From assembly GCF_044324785.1 (NCBI RefSeq), contig NZ_CP172127.1: 64,000 nucleotides of DNA. One strand, given 5' to 3'. This DNA is from Escherichia coli. Its GTDB lineage: Bacteria > Pseudomonadota > Gammaproteobacteria > Enterobacterales > Enterobacteriaceae. The notes below the pieces were generated by a model. The model saw nothing but the letters and a program-made list of their open reading frames with translations, was not told where the DNA came from and did no database searches. The position numbers and the translations under genes are program-made. Below, piece after piece: positions 1-12,924 of this stretch (its first letter is position 1; the number at the start of each line of letters is the position of its first letter).

Positions 1-261
1 ACCGGTTTGCGTTGCGCGCAGACACTGCTGATAATCCAGTACGCGTACACTTTCCTGATCGGCAAACTGCTGATGTTGTTTCTCTTTCTTCAGCACGTTT
101 AACACGCTCTGGCAGGCTTCAATTTTTTCTGGCGAACCTTGTGCGGTGTTGATACAGGCGCTGTATGCCTCTTTCAGACGACTGTCTTCCTGTGGCGCGG
201 TTGATTGCGCACAAGCTACCAGCCCCGATGCCATTATGGCGATGAGAATCAGTTTTTTCAT
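1..261 (-). CDS. chiQ: ChiQ (YbfN) lipoprotein, partial: N-terminal 87 codons, C-terminus lies beyond window start
   Basis: Reverse strand ATG at 259-261; translation MKKLILIAIMASGLVAC... with lipobox LVAC; immediately downstream of chiP. Confidence 0.8.
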   Translation of the reverse strand, partial: MKKLILIAIMASGLVACAQSTAPQEDSRLKEAYSACINTAQGSPEKIEACQSVLNVLKKEKQHQQFADQESVRVLDYQQCLRATQTG

Positions 262-310
262 AGCAAATTCCTCAAACGTGCGGCAGGCACAAAACCTGCC
301 GCGTCGGGCA

Positions 311-1717
311 TCAGAAGATGGTGAATGGTGCGATTACCATAAATTTCACGTCACGCTCATCCTGGAAGATGTTGCCGTAACCGCCGCCCCAGCTTGGGAT
401 GTCGGAGTGGTTGTCGTATTCGGTGAAGTGCAGTTTGAACATCGTGCCTTTGGCGCGACCGTCCTGAATGGTGTACACCGCATCCAGGCTGTAGGCAGAC
501 TCTTCAATAGTCCGGTTTTTGTCGTAGTACGCATCCGGATTGCTCTGCCAGGTAGCGGGTTTAGCATCCCATGCGTAAACGTAGGAAGCGCCGATGGCGA
601 AGCCTGGAAGATTCCAGTTTTTCAGGTCATACATCGCACCGAAGAAGACCGCTTTTTCGCCGTTGGCGTTGAAGTCAGAACGGTTATCCCACCAGATATC
701 CAGGCGGCCGTTCGAGGAAGCGTAGGTTGGGGTCATACGTTGCAGGAAGTATCCCTGCTGACCGTCGGCTTTAACCCAGGTGCCTTCCAGACGCAAATCC
801 ACTACGTCAGCCGCCCGGTAACCAAAGGTCAACGCTTGCAGCCAGGCGGTGCCGTCGTAAAGATCGTTGACACTGCGATCGTCAACTTTATCGCGCGTAC
901 CGTAGAACTGATAGCTGGTGGTTAGCGGGCTACCGGCGATATCAAATTTGTAGCTGGCTTTGGCAAAATATTGATCGATATACCCTTCAGCCTGACCAAA
1001 TGCCGCTTCCAGTACGAAGTTATTTTTGAAGTCGTACTTCGCCCCGAGGGAGTGTAAATAGTCAACCTTGGTGGTTTTATCGTTCTGATAAAACTCATCC
1101 ATTTCCAGATGCCACGGTGCTTTGTATTCGTTGGTCCACATGTAGGAGAAACTCAACGCACCCGCATCGCCGTAATCAAAATTCGCCCCGGCTTCCGCAC
1201 CCTGATAAGTACCCGGCATAAAGCTCCAGTGCGGCGCTAACAGCGTCTGACCGGTTGGCTGAATATAACCTGCCCTCGCCCACACCGGACCGTATTTAAA
1301 TTTGGCCGCTGCTTTATACAGGCTTATACCGCTTTTATCGCCGGACCAGTCTTCGTCATAGGCTTTATTGCTTTTTGAAAACGCGATTTCGTTCGGGTGA
1401 GAGCTGTCACCGTTTTCCGCCATTTCAATCGCCGTAAACGCAGCAATATCAAGGCCGAACATATCAGCAGCATAACCGGACTGAAAATCGAGGTTGGCAT
1501 TCCAGGTGGAGTGAGAAAGGTTGGTTTTGTATTTGTCGCCGTCGGTAACATCTTTACGGTCGCGTTCACGCTGCCAGTAATAGATACCGCCGGTTAAGGT
1601 TGAATCGTCGATGAATCCTTCGGCGCGAGCCTCCGGCATTGCCATAAAGCCCGACATTGCTGTAACACCGGCGATAGCCAGCGCCAGCGTACTACGTTTG
1701 CCACTAAACGTACGCAT
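311..1717 (-). CDS. chiP: Chitoporin ChiP (YbfM), outer membrane porin for chito-oligosaccharides
   Basis: 468-aa ORF with signal peptide and C-terminal beta-barrel motif ending ...FTIF; length and sequence match E. coli ChiP. Confidence 0.93.
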   Translation of the reverse strand: MRTFSGKRSTLALAIAGVTAMSGFMAMPEARAEGFIDDSTLTGGIYYWQRERDRKDVTDGDKYKTNLSHSTWNANLDFQSGYAADMFGLDIAAFTAIEMAENGDSSHPNEIAFSKSNKAYDEDWSGDKSGISLYKAAAKFKYGPVWARAGYIQPTGQTLLAPHWSFMPGTYQGAEAGANFDYGDAGALSFSYMWTNEYKAPWHLEMDEFYQNDKTTKVDYLHSLGAKYDFKNNFVLEAAFGQAEGYIDQYFAKASYKFDIAGSPLTTSYQFYGTRDKVDDRSVNDLYDGTAWLQALTFGYRAADVVDLRLEGTWVKADGQQGYFLQRMTPTYASSNGRLDIWWDNRSDFNANGEKAVFFGAMYDLKNWNLPGFAIGASYVYAWDAKPATWQSNPDAYYDKNRTIEESAYSLDAVYTIQDGRAKGTMFKLHFTEYDNHSDIPSWGGGYGNIFQDERDVKFMVIAPFTIF

Positions 1718-1800
1718 GGGTTAATCCTCTTTGACGTATAAATTGCTGCACCAAAGGTGAACAGCGAAAAAAATAAAAATTAAAAAAGTAGCGTTGAGAA
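1718..1800 (-). promoter_or_regulatory. chiP 5' leader with Shine-Dalgarno (AGAGGA); expected target region of ChiX sRNA
   Basis: Position directly upstream of chiP start; ChiX regulation is established knowledge, exact pairing not verified here. Confidence 0.4.
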
Positions 1801-2157
1801 AAGTCTCGCTGACTACAGGAACAGACTATTTTTCGCGACGCGAATTATCAATCTCTTTCTGTAACCAGAATGTAAGAACATGAGCAACCGCACATATTTT
1901 GATGATTTTTGTTACAAGGCTTAAGTTGTAGTTGAAAGGTGTGTTGAAGAAAAAATGCGTGAATTTCCAGCAAGATGAAAGCGGTTACATTTTATTTAAT
2001 TATGATTTGTAATTTTAAATTTGCTTTATGAATAAATTACGAAGCAGAATTAATTCGCGAAGAAAAGCAGAAAAAAACGCCGCGGAGCGCGGCGTTTGGG
2101 ATTGTTTGCATATTTCTTGCCGGATTCGGCGTAAACGCTCTATCCGACAACGTAAAA

Positions 2158-3822
2158 TTACTCGCCTACTTTCGCCCAGGTATCACGCAGCCCAACGGTG
2201 CGGTTAAATACCGGTTTTTCCGCCGTAGAATGGCGGCTGTCGAGGCAGAAATAACCTTCACGCTCAAACTGGAATGCTTTACCCGCTACCGCGTCTTTCA
2301 GAGACGGTTCAGCAAAGCCCTGTTTGATCACCAGCGATTCCGGGTTAATCACCGACAGGAAATCATCCGCAGCACCTGGGTTCGGCACGCTGAACAGACG
2401 ATCGTACAGGCGGATTTCAACCGGCAGCGCATGTGCCGAGCTCACCCAGTGAATAACGCCTTTCACTTTACGACCATCTGCCGGATCTTTGCTTAAGGTG
2501 TCGGCGTCATAAGTACAGAAGATGGTGGTGATATTGCCTTCGGCATCTTTCTCCACGCGTTCTGCCTTAATGACGTAAGCATTACGCAGACGCACTTCTT
2601 TACCGAGCACCAGACGTTTGTACTGCTTGTTAGCTTCTTCGCGGAAATCGGCGCGATCGATCCAAATCTCACCGCTAAACGGCACCTGACGGCTACCCAT
2701 TTCCGGTTTGTTCGGATGGTTCGGCATGGTGACCATTTCGCCTTCGCCCTGATAGTTTTCGATAACCAGTTTCACCGGATCGATAACCGCCATTGCGCGC
2801 GGGGCATTTTCGTTGAGATCTTCACGGATGCAGGATTCCAGCGACGCCATCTCAATGGTGTTGTCCTGCTTGGTCACGCCGATGCGTTTGCAGAACTCAC
2901 GAATAGAAGCCGCAGTGTAACCTCGACGACGCAGACCGGAAATGGTCGGCATACGCGGGTCATCCCAGCCTTCAACGTGCTTGTCGGTCACCAGCAGGTT
3001 CAGCTTACGCTTGGACATCACGGTGTATTCCAGATTCAGGCGCGAGAATTCGTACTGGCGCGGGTGAACAGGAATGGTGATGTTGTCCAGCACCCAGTCG
3101 TACAGGCGACGGTTGTCCTGGAACTCAAGCGTACACAGAGAGTGCGTAATACCTTCCAGCGCATCGCTGATGCAATGGGTGAAGTCGTACATCGGGTAGA
3201 TGCACCACTTGTTGCCAGTCTGGTGGTGTTCAGCAAATTTAATGCGGTACAGCACCGGATCGCGCATTACGATAAATGGCGACGCCATGTCGATTTTCGC
3301 ACGAAGGCAGGCTTTACCTTCTTCAAAACCACCGGCACGCATTTTTTCGAACAGCGCCAGGTTCTCTTCAACGCTGCGGTCGCGGTACGGGCTGTTTTTA
3401 CCCGGTTGCGTCAGGGTACCGCGGTATTCGCGGATCTGTTCCGGCGTCAGTTCATCAACGTACGCCAGGCCTTTATTGATCAGTTCGATCGCATAGGCGT
3501 GGAGCTGATCAAAATAATCAGAGGAGTAACGGACGTTACCAGACCAGTGAAAACCTAACCACTCTACGTCGTTTTTGATCGAATCGACATACTCGATATC
3601 TTCTTTTACCGGGTTAGTGTCGTCGAAACGCAGGTTGCACTGGCCTTTATAGTCCTGGGCGATCCCGAAGTTCAGGCAGATAGATTTCGCATGGCCAATA
3701 TGCAGATAGCCATTCGGCTCCGGCGGGAAACGGGTGTGTACTGTGGTGTGCTTACCACTGGCCAGATCTTCATCGATGATCTGACGGATAAAGTTAGTCG
3801 GGCGGGCTTCTGCCTCACTCAT
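2158..3822 (-). CDS. glnS: Glutaminyl-tRNA synthetase
   Basis: 554-aa ORF; class I aaRS HIGH motif (YLHIGHAKS) and KMSKS-like VMSKR; matches E. coli GlnRS. Confidence 0.97.
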   Translation of the reverse strand: MSEAEARPTNFIRQIIDEDLASGKHTTVHTRFPPEPNGYLHIGHAKSICLNFGIAQDYKGQCNLRFDDTNPVKEDIEYVDSIKNDVEWLGFHWSGNVRYSSDYFDQLHAYAIELINKGLAYVDELTPEQIREYRGTLTQPGKNSPYRDRSVEENLALFEKMRAGGFEEGKACLRAKIDMASPFIVMRDPVLYRIKFAEHHQTGNKWCIYPMYDFTHCISDALEGITHSLCTLEFQDNRRLYDWVLDNITIPVHPRQYEFSRLNLEYTVMSKRKLNLLVTDKHVEGWDDPRMPTISGLRRRGYTAASIREFCKRIGVTKQDNTIEMASLESCIREDLNENAPRAMAVIDPVKLVIENYQGEGEMVTMPNHPNKPEMGSRQVPFSGEIWIDRADFREEANKQYKRLVLGKEVRLRNAYVIKAERVEKDAEGNITTIFCTYDADTLSKDPADGRKVKGVIHWVSSAHALPVEIRLYDRLFSVPNPGAADDFLSVINPESLVIKQGFAEPSLKDAVAGKAFQFEREGYFCLDSRHSTAEKPVFNRTVGLRDTWAKVGE

Positions 3823-3983
3823 CGTGGATTCCTCAAAGCGTAAACAACGTATAACGGCGTATGATCTTATAAGCGGGACAGGCTGACAACTGTTAGTTAG
3901 TGAAAATCGAAAATCTCACTGAGATTATGGGGATGATTGATGAAAAAAAAAGCGGCAGAGAAGATCTCCACCGCTTGTCATTG

Positions 3984-4013
3984 TTGGATGCGACGCTCAA
4001 GCGTCGCATCAGG
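3984..4013 (-). terminator. REP-like palindromic hairpin downstream of nagE (likely nagE terminator)
   Basis: Palindrome GGATGCGACGCTCAAGCGTCGCATCAGGC just 3' of nagE stop. Confidence 0.45.
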
Positions 4014-4024
4014 CATAAAGCAGA

Positions 4025-5971
4025 TTACTTTTTGATTTCATACAGCGGTGTTTGACCCGCCACAACATGGCCCTGAGCTTTAATGATCAAGCCACTGAAA
4101 TCGTCGATATTGCTGCAAACCACCGGGCTAATCATCGAGCGGGCGTTAGCGTTCAGGTAATCCAGATCCATTTCCAGAATCGGTTGTCCTGCGCTTACTT
4201 GCGCGCCCTCTTCCACCAGACGTTTAAAGCCTTTACCTTCCAGCGCTACGGTGTCGATACCCATATGGACGACGATCTCCGCGCCTTTTTCGGTTTCCAG
4301 ACAGAACGCGTGGTTGGTGTTGAAGATTTTCACGATTGTCCCTGCGGCTGGTGATACGACGATTTTATCTGTCGGTTTCACCGCCACACCGTCACCCACC
4401 GCTTTGCTGGCGAATGCTTCGTCAGGAACCTGATCCAGTGCCACAACATCACCGGTAATCGGCGATACCAGCTCCGCGATAGACACCGCGTTTGGTACAG
4501 CCTGCGGTTTTGCTACAGAAGCGGCAGTTGCCGGAGTTGCTTCAGCTGACGCAGCGGCTACCGGACCACGGGCAACAACTTTCTTCATTGCATCGCCAAT
4601 GGATTCCGCTTTCGCGCCAACAATCACCTGAATAGTCTGTTTGTTCAGTTTCACTACCCCAGAAGCACCCAGACGTTTACACATCGCATCGTTGACGCGA
4701 GCTGAGTCAACCACGGTCAGGCGCAGACGAGTAATACAGGCGTCAATTGCTTTCAGGTTGTCAGTACCGCCCACCGCAGCAATATAGTTGGTCGCCAGTT
4801 GAGTCAGACCTTCTTCCGTGTTGCTGTTGGCTTCTTCAGTAACGATCTCGTCTTCTTTATCTTCACGGCCCGGCGTTTTCAGGTTGAACATACGGATAAC
4901 CAAACTGAACACCACGAAGTAGATAGCGAAGAAGACAACACCCATCACCAGCAGCATCCAGACGTTCTGGCTGGCGGCCGGCAGGTTATACATCAACGCG
5001 TAGTCGATAGCCCCCGCAGAGAAGGAGAAGCCCGCGTGGATACCCAGCAGCGTTGCCACAAACAGGCTGATACCGGTCAGCAGTGCGTGCAGGAGGTACA
5101 GCAGCGGCGCAAGGAACATGAACAGGAATTCCAGCGGCTCAGTCACACCGGTCAGGAACGCAGTAACAGCAACAGAAAGCAGCATACCGCCAACCATCGG
5201 ACGACGCTCTTTCGGTGCTGCAAAGTACATCGCCAGCGCCGCACCCGGCAGACCGAACATCATGATCGGGAAGAAGCCGGACATGAACATCCCCGCGGTG
5301 CCGTCACCAGCGTAGAAACGGTTGATGTCGCCGTGGAAAACCGTACCCGCCGCGTTGGTGAATTCACCAATCTGGAACCAGGCGATGGTGTTCAGCACCT
5401 GATGCAGACCGGTTGGGATCAGCAGACGGTTGATGAAACCAAAGATACCGGAACCCAGCGCGCCCGCAGAAACGATCCACTCGCCGCCTGCATGGATAGC
5501 GTGCTGTACTGGCGGCCAGACGTAACCAAAAATGGCTGCCAGCACCAGGCAGAAGAAGCCGGTGGCAATCGGCACAAAGCGTTTGCCGCCGAAGAAACTC
5601 AGGAAGTCCGGCAGTTTAATATCGGACCAACGGTTATAGGCTGCACCACCGACCAGACCGGTAATGATACCCGCCAGTACACCCATGTTAATTTCCGGGT
5701 TGATGGTCACCATCGCTTTGGTTAACACAAAGTAACCTACCGCACCCGCCAGCGCCGCCGCACCTGCGCTGTCTTTCGACCAGCTGGATGCCACACCGAT
5801 GGCGAAGATTAATGCGAGGTTATCAAAAATCGCACCGCCCGCCTGGGCAATAAACGCAACGTTAAGTAAATCTGGCTGACCGAATCGCAGCAACAGCGCC
5901 GCCACAGGCAGCACCGCGATAGGGAGCTGTAACGCCCTACCGAGTCGCTGGAAAAAACCTAAAATATTCAT
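4025..5971 (-). CDS. nagE: PTS N-acetylglucosamine-specific EIICBA component
   Basis: 648-aa ORF, polytopic N-terminal domain plus C-terminal EIIB/EIIA; divergent from nagB as in the nag regulon. Confidence 0.96.
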   Translation of the reverse strand: MNILGFFQRLGRALQLPIAVLPVAALLLRFGQPDLLNVAFIAQAGGAIFDNLALIFAIGVASSWSKDSAGAAALAGAVGYFVLTKAMVTINPEINMGVLAGIITGLVGGAAYNRWSDIKLPDFLSFFGGKRFVPIATGFFCLVLAAIFGYVWPPVQHAIHAGGEWIVSAGALGSGIFGFINRLLIPTGLHQVLNTIAWFQIGEFTNAAGTVFHGDINRFYAGDGTAGMFMSGFFPIMMFGLPGAALAMYFAAPKERRPMVGGMLLSVAVTAFLTGVTEPLEFLFMFLAPLLYLLHALLTGISLFVATLLGIHAGFSFSAGAIDYALMYNLPAASQNVWMLLVMGVVFFAIYFVVFSLVIRMFNLKTPGREDKEDEIVTEEANSNTEEGLTQLATNYIAAVGGTDNLKAIDACITRLRLTVVDSARVNDAMCKRLGASGVVKLNKQTIQVIVGAKAESIGDAMKKVVARGPVAAASAEATPATAASVAKPQAVPNAVSIAELVSPITGDVVALDQVPDEAFASKAVGDGVAVKPTDKIVVSPAAGTIVKIFNTNHAFCLETEKGAEIVVHMGIDTVALEGKGFKRLVEEGAQVSAGQPILEMDLDYLNANARSMISPVVCSNIDDFSGLIIKAQGHVVAGQTPLYEIKK

Positions 5972-6094
5972 CTTATTCCCCCTACGAGAACCCTATTTGG
6001 CTCGTTTAAAGCCGTATTTTTATTTTGCTGCAAATTGTACTGCCGATGTTCTGTAATCAGATTGTTAGATCATCTGCTACAGAGTGTGTGAAAA

Positions 6095-6117
6095 TTTAAT
6101 TCGTATCGCAAATTAAA
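6095..6117. promoter_or_regulatory. NagC operator (nagE-proximal), 23-bp palindrome TTTAATTCGTATCGCAAATTAAA
   Basis: Near-perfect inverted repeat TTTAATT...AATTAAA in nagE-nagB divergent region; matches known NagC operator architecture. Confidence 0.65.
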
Positions 6118-6126
6118 CGCGTGTCT

Positions 6127-6148
6127 TTTGTGAGTTTTGTCACCAAAT
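6127..6148. promoter_or_regulatory. CRP binding site TGTGA-N6-TCACC between the two NagC operators
   Basis: TTTGTGAGTTTTGTCACCAAAT matches CRP consensus TGTGA-N6-TCACA. Confidence 0.7.
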
Positions 6149-6187
6149 ATCGTTATCATCACTCCCTTTTACTGGCTAAACCAGAAA

Positions 6188-6214
6188 ACTTATTTTATCA
6201 TTCAAAAAATCAGG
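6188..6214. promoter_or_regulatory. Putative nagB-proximal NagC operator
   Basis: AT-rich imperfect palindrome CTTATTTTATCATTCAAAAAATCAGG about 100 bp upstream of nagB; placement fits the two-operator loop model. Confidence 0.4.
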
Positions 6215-6303
6215 TCGGATTGACGCCTGTCTGCGCAAATCCAGGTTACGCTTAAAGATGCCTAATCCGCCAACGGCTTACATTTTACTTATTGAGGTGA
6301 ATA

Positions 6304-8312
<2,009 letters not shown>

Positions 8313-8320
8313 GAGAAAGT

Positions 8321-9541
8321 ATGACACCAGGCGGACAAGCTCAGATAGGTAATGTTGATCTCGTAAAACAGCTTAACAGCGCGGCGGTTTATCGCCTGAT
8401 TGACCAGTATGGGCCAATCTCGCGGATTCAGATTGCCGAGCAAAGCCAGCTTGCCCCCGCCAGCGTAACCAAAATTACGCGTCAGCTTATCGAACGCGGG
8501 CTGATCAAAGAAGTTGATCAGCAGGCCTCCACCGGGGGCCGCCGCGCTATCTCTATCGTCACCGAAACCCGCAATTTCCACGCAATCGGTGTACGGCTTG
8601 GTCGTCACGACGCCACCATTACTCTGTTCGATCTCAGTAGCAAAGTGCTGGCAGAAGAACATTACCCGCTGCCGGAACGTACCCAGCAGACGCTGGAACA
8701 TGCCCTGCTGAATGCCATTGCTCAGTTTATTGATAGCTACCAGCGCAAGCTGCGCGAGCTGATTGCCATTTCCGTGATCCTGCCAGGGCTTGTTGACCCG
8801 GACAGCGGCAAAATTCATTACATGCCGCATATTCAGGTAGAAAACTGGGGGCTGGTAGAAGCACTGGAAGAGCGTTTTAAAGTGACCTGTTTTGTCGGCC
8901 ACGATATCCGTAGTCTGGCGCTGGCAGAGCACTACTTCGGTGCAAGTCAGGATTGCGAAGACTCCATTTTAGTGCGTGTCCATCGCGGGACCGGGGCAGG
9001 GATTATCTCTAACGGGCGCATTTTTATTGGCCGCAACGGCAACGTCGGTGAAATTGGCCATATTCAGGTCGAACCGCTGGGTGAACGCTGCCATTGCGGC
9101 AACTTTGGCTGCCTGGAAACTATCGCCGCTAACGCTGCCATTGAACAACGGGTATTGAATTTATTAAAGCAGGGCTACCAGAGCCGTGTGCCACTGGACG
9201 ACTGCACCATCAAAACTATCTGCAAAGCCGCGAACAAAGGCGATAGCCTGGCCTCGGAAGTGATTGAGTATGTCGGTCGTCATCTGGGTAAAACCATCGC
9301 CATTGCTATCAACTTATTTAATCCGCAAAAAATTGTCATTGCCGGTGAAATCACCGAAGCCGATAAAGTGCTACTCCCTGCTATCGAAAGCTGCATTAAT
9401 ACTCAGGCACTGAAGGCGTTTCGTACTAATCTACCGGTGGTACGTTCTGAGTTGGATCACCGCTCGGCAATCGGCGCTTTTGCGCTGGTAAAACGCGCCA
9501 TGCTCAACGGTATTTTGCTCCAGCATTTGCTGGAAAATTAA
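8321..9541 (+). CDS. nagC: NagC transcriptional repressor/activator (ROK family)
   Basis: 406-aa ORF, N-terminal HTH, ROK sugar-kinase-like domain with Zn-binding CHCGNFGC. Confidence 0.97.
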   Translation: MTPGGQAQIGNVDLVKQLNSAAVYRLIDQYGPISRIQIAEQSQLAPASVTKITRQLIERGLIKEVDQQASTGGRRAISIVTETRNFHAIGVRLGRHDATITLFDLSSKVLAEEHYPLPERTQQTLEHALLNAIAQFIDSYQRKLRELIAISVILPGLVDPDSGKIHYMPHIQVENWGLVEALEERFKVTCFVGHDIRSLALAEHYFGASQDCEDSILVRVHRGTGAGIISNGRIFIGRNGNVGEIGHIQVEPLGERCHCGNFGCLETIAANAAIEQRVLNLLKQGYQSRVPLDDCTIKTICKAANKGDSLASEVIEYVGRHLGKTIAIAINLFNPQKIVIAGEITEADKVLLPAIESCINTQALKAFRTNLPVVRSELDHRSAIGAFALVKRAMLNGILLQHLLEN

Positions 9542-9588
9542 TGTGCTTTTATAGTGGCGCTTATTGTTGTCAATATTCTGGGTAGTCC

Positions 9589-10341
9589 ATGACCATTAAA
9601 AATGTAATTTGCGATATCGACGGCGTGCTGATGCACGATAACGTCGCCGTACCGGGTGCAGCGGAATTTTTGCACGGGATTATGGATAAAGGCCTGCCGC
9701 TGGTGTTGCTGACCAACTATCCTTCGCAGACCGGGCAAGATCTGGCGAATCGCTTTGCCACTGCCGGTGTCGATGTACCGGATAGCGTGTTTTATACCTC
9801 CGCGATGGCGACCGCCGATTTCCTGCGTCGCCAGGAAGGCAAGAAAGCGTATGTGGTGGGCGAAGGCGCACTGATTCATGAACTGTACAAAGCCGGTTTC
9901 ACTATTACCGATGTGAACCCTGATTTTGTGATTGTTGGCGAAACGCGTTCCTACAACTGGGACATGATGCATAAAGCAGCCTATTTCGTCGCTAACGGTG
10001 CACGCTTTATCGCCACCAACCCGGACACCCACGGGCGCGGTTTTTATCCCGCCTGTGGCGCGTTGTGTGCAGGGATCGAGAAAATCTCCGGGCGCAAACC
10101 GTTCTATGTTGGAAAGCCGAGTCCGTGGATCATCCGCGCGGCATTAAACAAAATGCAGGCGCATTCGGAAGAAACGGTGATTGTCGGCGATAACTTGCGT
10201 ACCGATATTCTGGCGGGCTTCCAGGCCGGTCTGGAGACGATTCTGGTGCTTTCTGGTGTTTCGTCACTCGACGATATCGACAGTATGCCGTTCCGCCCAA
10301 GTTGGATTTACCCATCGGTCGCTGAAATCGACGTTATCTGA
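9589..10341 (+). CDS. nagD: UMP phosphatase NagD/UmpH (HAD superfamily)
   Basis: 250-aa ORF with HAD motif I CDIDGVL; last gene of nagBACD. Confidence 0.95.
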   Translation: MTIKNVICDIDGVLMHDNVAVPGAAEFLHGIMDKGLPLVLLTNYPSQTGQDLANRFATAGVDVPDSVFYTSAMATADFLRRQEGKKAYVVGEGALIHELYKAGFTITDVNPDFVIVGETRSYNWDMMHKAAYFVANGARFIATNPDTHGRGFYPACGALCAGIEKISGRKPFYVGKPSPWIIRAALNKMQAHSEETVIVGDNLRTDILAGFQAGLETILVLSGVSSLDDIDSMPFRPSWIYPSVAEIDVI

Positions 10342-10597
10342 ATAGCAACCACGCCTCAGGGCGTGGTTTCTTATTTTTACCCATCATTAAAATCACCCTA
10401 TTCAATAAAACCCGTCAAAAATTATCGATCCATCAATAAATACGCCACCACACCCTATCCTTTTTCACAAATCAGCAATCGCCATTACGTTTTTTATTTT
10501 TCCACCGCCAAATCGCTTGCGCACAGTGCTGCTTTGCGGCATTTTTTTAAACAAGCAAACACAACAAGCAACAAATACCAGGTTAACGGAGAAGGTT

Positions 10598-12262
10598 ATG
10601 TGTTCAATTTTTGGCGTATTCGATATCAAAACAGACGCAGTTGAGCTGCGTAAGAAAGCACTCGAGCTGTCACGCCTGATGCGTCATCGTGGCCCGGACT
10701 GGTCCGGTATTTATGCCAGCGATAACGCCATTCTCGCCCACGAACGTCTGTCAATTGTTGACGTTAACGCGGGGGCGCAACCTCTCTACAACCAACAAAA
10801 AACTCATGTGCTGGCAGTAAACGGTGAAATCTACAACCACCAGGCATTGCGCGCTGAATATGGCGATCGTTACCAGTTCCAGACCGGGTCTGACTGTGAA
10901 GTGATCCTCGCGCTGTATCAGGAAAAAGGGCCGGAATTTCTCGACGACTTGCAGGGCATGTTTGCCTTTGCCCTGTACGACAGCGAAAAAGATGCATATC
11001 TGATTGGTCGCGACCATCTGGGGATCATCCCACTGTATATGGGCTATGACGAACACGGTCAGCTGTATGTGGCCTCAGAAATGAAAGCCCTCGTGCCAGT
11101 TTGCCGCACGATTAAAGAGTTTCCGGCGGGGAGCTATTTGTGGAGTCAGGACGGCGAAATCCGTTCTTATTATCATCGCGACTGGTTCGACTACGATGCG
11201 GTGAAAGATAACGTGACCGACAAAAACGAGCTGCGTCAGGCACTGGAAGATTCCGTTAAAAGCCATCTGATGTCTGATGTGCCTTACGGTGTGTTGCTTT
11301 CTGGTGGTCTGGATTCCTCAATTATTTCCGCTATCACCAAGAAATACGCCGCCCGTCGCGTGGAAGATCAGGAACGCTCTGAAGCCTGGTGGCCGCAGTT
11401 GCACTCCTTTGCTGTAGGTCTGCCGGGCTCACCGGATCTGAAAGCAGCCCAGGAAGTGGCAAACCATCTGGGCACGGTGCATCACGAAATTCACTTCACT
11501 GTACAGGAAGGTCTGGATGCCATCCGCGACGTGATTTACCACATCGAAACTTATGATGTGACCACTATTCGCGCTTCAACACCGATGTATTTAATGTCGC
11601 GTAAGATCAAGGCGATGGGCATTAAAATGGTGCTGTCCGGTGAAGGTTCTGACGAAGTGTTTGGCGGTTATCTATACTTCCACAAAGCGCCGAACGCTAA
11701 AGAGTTGCATGAAGAGACGGTGCGTAAACTGCTGGCCCTGCATATGTATGACTGCGCGCGTGCCAACAAAGCGATGTCAGCCTGGGGCGTGGAAGCACGC
11801 GTTCCGTTCCTCGACAAAAAATTCCTTGATGTGGCGATGCGCATTAACCCACAGGATAAAATGTGCGGTAACGGCAAAATGGAAAAACACATCCTGCGTG
11901 AATGTTTTGAAGCGTATCTGCCTGCAAGCGTGGCCTGGCGGCAAAAAGAGCAGTTCTCCGATGGCGTCGGTTACAGTTGGATCGACACCCTGAAAGAAGT
12001 GGCAGCACAGCAGGTTTCTGATCAACAGCTGGAAACTGCCCGCTTCCGCTTCCCGTACAACACGCCGACCTCAAAAGAAGCGTATCTGTACCGGGAGATC
12101 TTTGAAGAATTGTTCCCGCTTCCGAGCGCCGCTGAGTGCGTGCCGGGCGGTCCTTCCGTCGCTTGTTCTTCCGCTAAAGCGATTGAGTGGGATGAAGCGT
12201 TCAAGAAAATGGACGATCCGTCTGGTCGCGCGGTTGGCGTTCACCAGTCGGCATATAAATAA
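10598..12262 (+). CDS. asnB: Asparagine synthetase B (glutamine-hydrolysing)
   Basis: 554 aa from internal ATG; N-terminal MCSIFGVF with catalytic Cys2 of class II amidotransferases; track ORF extends 27 codons further upstream. Confidence 0.95.
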   Translation: MCSIFGVFDIKTDAVELRKKALELSRLMRHRGPDWSGIYASDNAILAHERLSIVDVNAGAQPLYNQQKTHVLAVNGEIYNHQALRAEYGDRYQFQTGSDCEVILALYQEKGPEFLDDLQGMFAFALYDSEKDAYLIGRDHLGIIPLYMGYDEHGQLYVASEMKALVPVCRTIKEFPAGSYLWSQDGEIRSYYHRDWFDYDAVKDNVTDKNELRQALEDSVKSHLMSDVPYGVLLSGGLDSSIISAITKKYAARRVEDQERSEAWWPQLHSFAVGLPGSPDLKAAQEVANHLGTVHHEIHFTVQEGLDAIRDVIYHIETYDVTTIRASTPMYLMSRKIKAMGIKMVLSGEGSDEVFGGYLYFHKAPNAKELHEETVRKLLALHMYDCARANKAMSAWGVEARVPFLDKKFLDVAMRINPQDKMCGNGKMEKHILRECFEAYLPASVAWRQKEQFSDGVGYSWIDTLKEVAAQQVSDQQLETARFRFPYNTPTSKEAYLYREIFEELFPLPSAAECVPGGPSVACSSAKAIEWDEAFKKMDDPSGRAVGVHQSAYK

Positions 12263-12641
12263 GACGTGTATTATTGCCCCGGAGAAATCCGGGGCAATTT
12301 CAGTTACTGGGGCGCTTGTTGATTCTGATATGCAGTAAGGAAATGTTCCGGGTTTGCCACATCACTGTTTGACAACTCATCACTGTAGGCCAGTACTTCA
12401 TAGATTAATTTCCCACCACTATTGTTGAATTCCGAATTTCATCCTGTATGACAAAAGAATGGCTGTAGGGTGGGGAAAAAACACAAAGTAAACAATAATT
12501 GACGAATATAGCGCCACGCTGTTCGCAACCTAACCAAACAGTCACTTTCGAGCAATTTTCCTTGAAAAAGAGGTTGACGCTGCAAGGCTCTATACGCATA
12601 ATGCGCCCCGCAACGCCGATAAGGTATCGCGAAAAAAAGAT

Positions 12642-12718
12642 GGCTACGTAGCTCAGTTGGTTAGAGCACATCACTCATAATGATGGGGTCACAGGTTCGA
12701 ATCCCGTCGTAGCCACCA
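12642..12718 (+). tRNA. metT: tRNA-Met (elongator, anticodon CAT)
   Basis: 77 nt GGCTACGTAGCTCAGTTGGTTAGAGCACATCACTCATAATGATGG...CGTAGCCACCA; cloverleaf with CAT anticodon and encoded CCA. Confidence 0.95.
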
Positions 12719-12726
12719 TCTTTTTT

Positions 12727-12811
12727 GCGGGAGTGGCGAAATTGGTAGACGCACCAGATTTAGGTTCTGGCGCCGCAAGGTGTGCGAGTTCAAGTCTCGC
12801 CTCCCGCACCA
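12727..12811 (+). tRNA. leuW: tRNA-Leu (anticodon TAG), long variable arm
   Basis: 85 nt GCGGGAGTGGCGAAATTGGTAGACGCACCAGATTTAGGTTCTGG...CTCCCGCACCA. Confidence 0.95.
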
Positions 12812-12834
12812 TTCACCAGAAAGCGTTGTACGGA

Positions 12835-12909
12835 TGGGGTATCGCCAAGCGGTAAGGCACCGGTTTTTGATACCGGCATTCCCTGGTTCGAATCCAGGTA
12901 CCCCAGCCA
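12835..12909 (+). tRNA. glnU: tRNA-Gln (anticodon TTG)
   Basis: 75 nt TGGGGTATCGCCAAGCGGTAAGGCACCGGTTTTTGATACCGG...CCCCAGCCA; paralog name (glnU vs glnW) ambiguous. Confidence 0.95.
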
Positions 12910-12924
12910 TCGAAGAAACAATCT

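Noticed and set aside
146-925. 259-aa plus-strand ORF overlapping chiQ and chiP
   Set aside because: Antisense shadow ORF inside the well-supported chiP/chiQ genes; no RBS or recognisable domain.
10517-10597. Upstream in-frame extensions of track ORFs (asnB, gltI, rihA, leuS, citC, citE, dpiB, ybeZ, lipB, ybeQ, ybeR, cobC, ubiF)
   Set aside because: Known protein N-termini and lengths fit internal start codons; the extensions are leader sequence read through to the previous stop.
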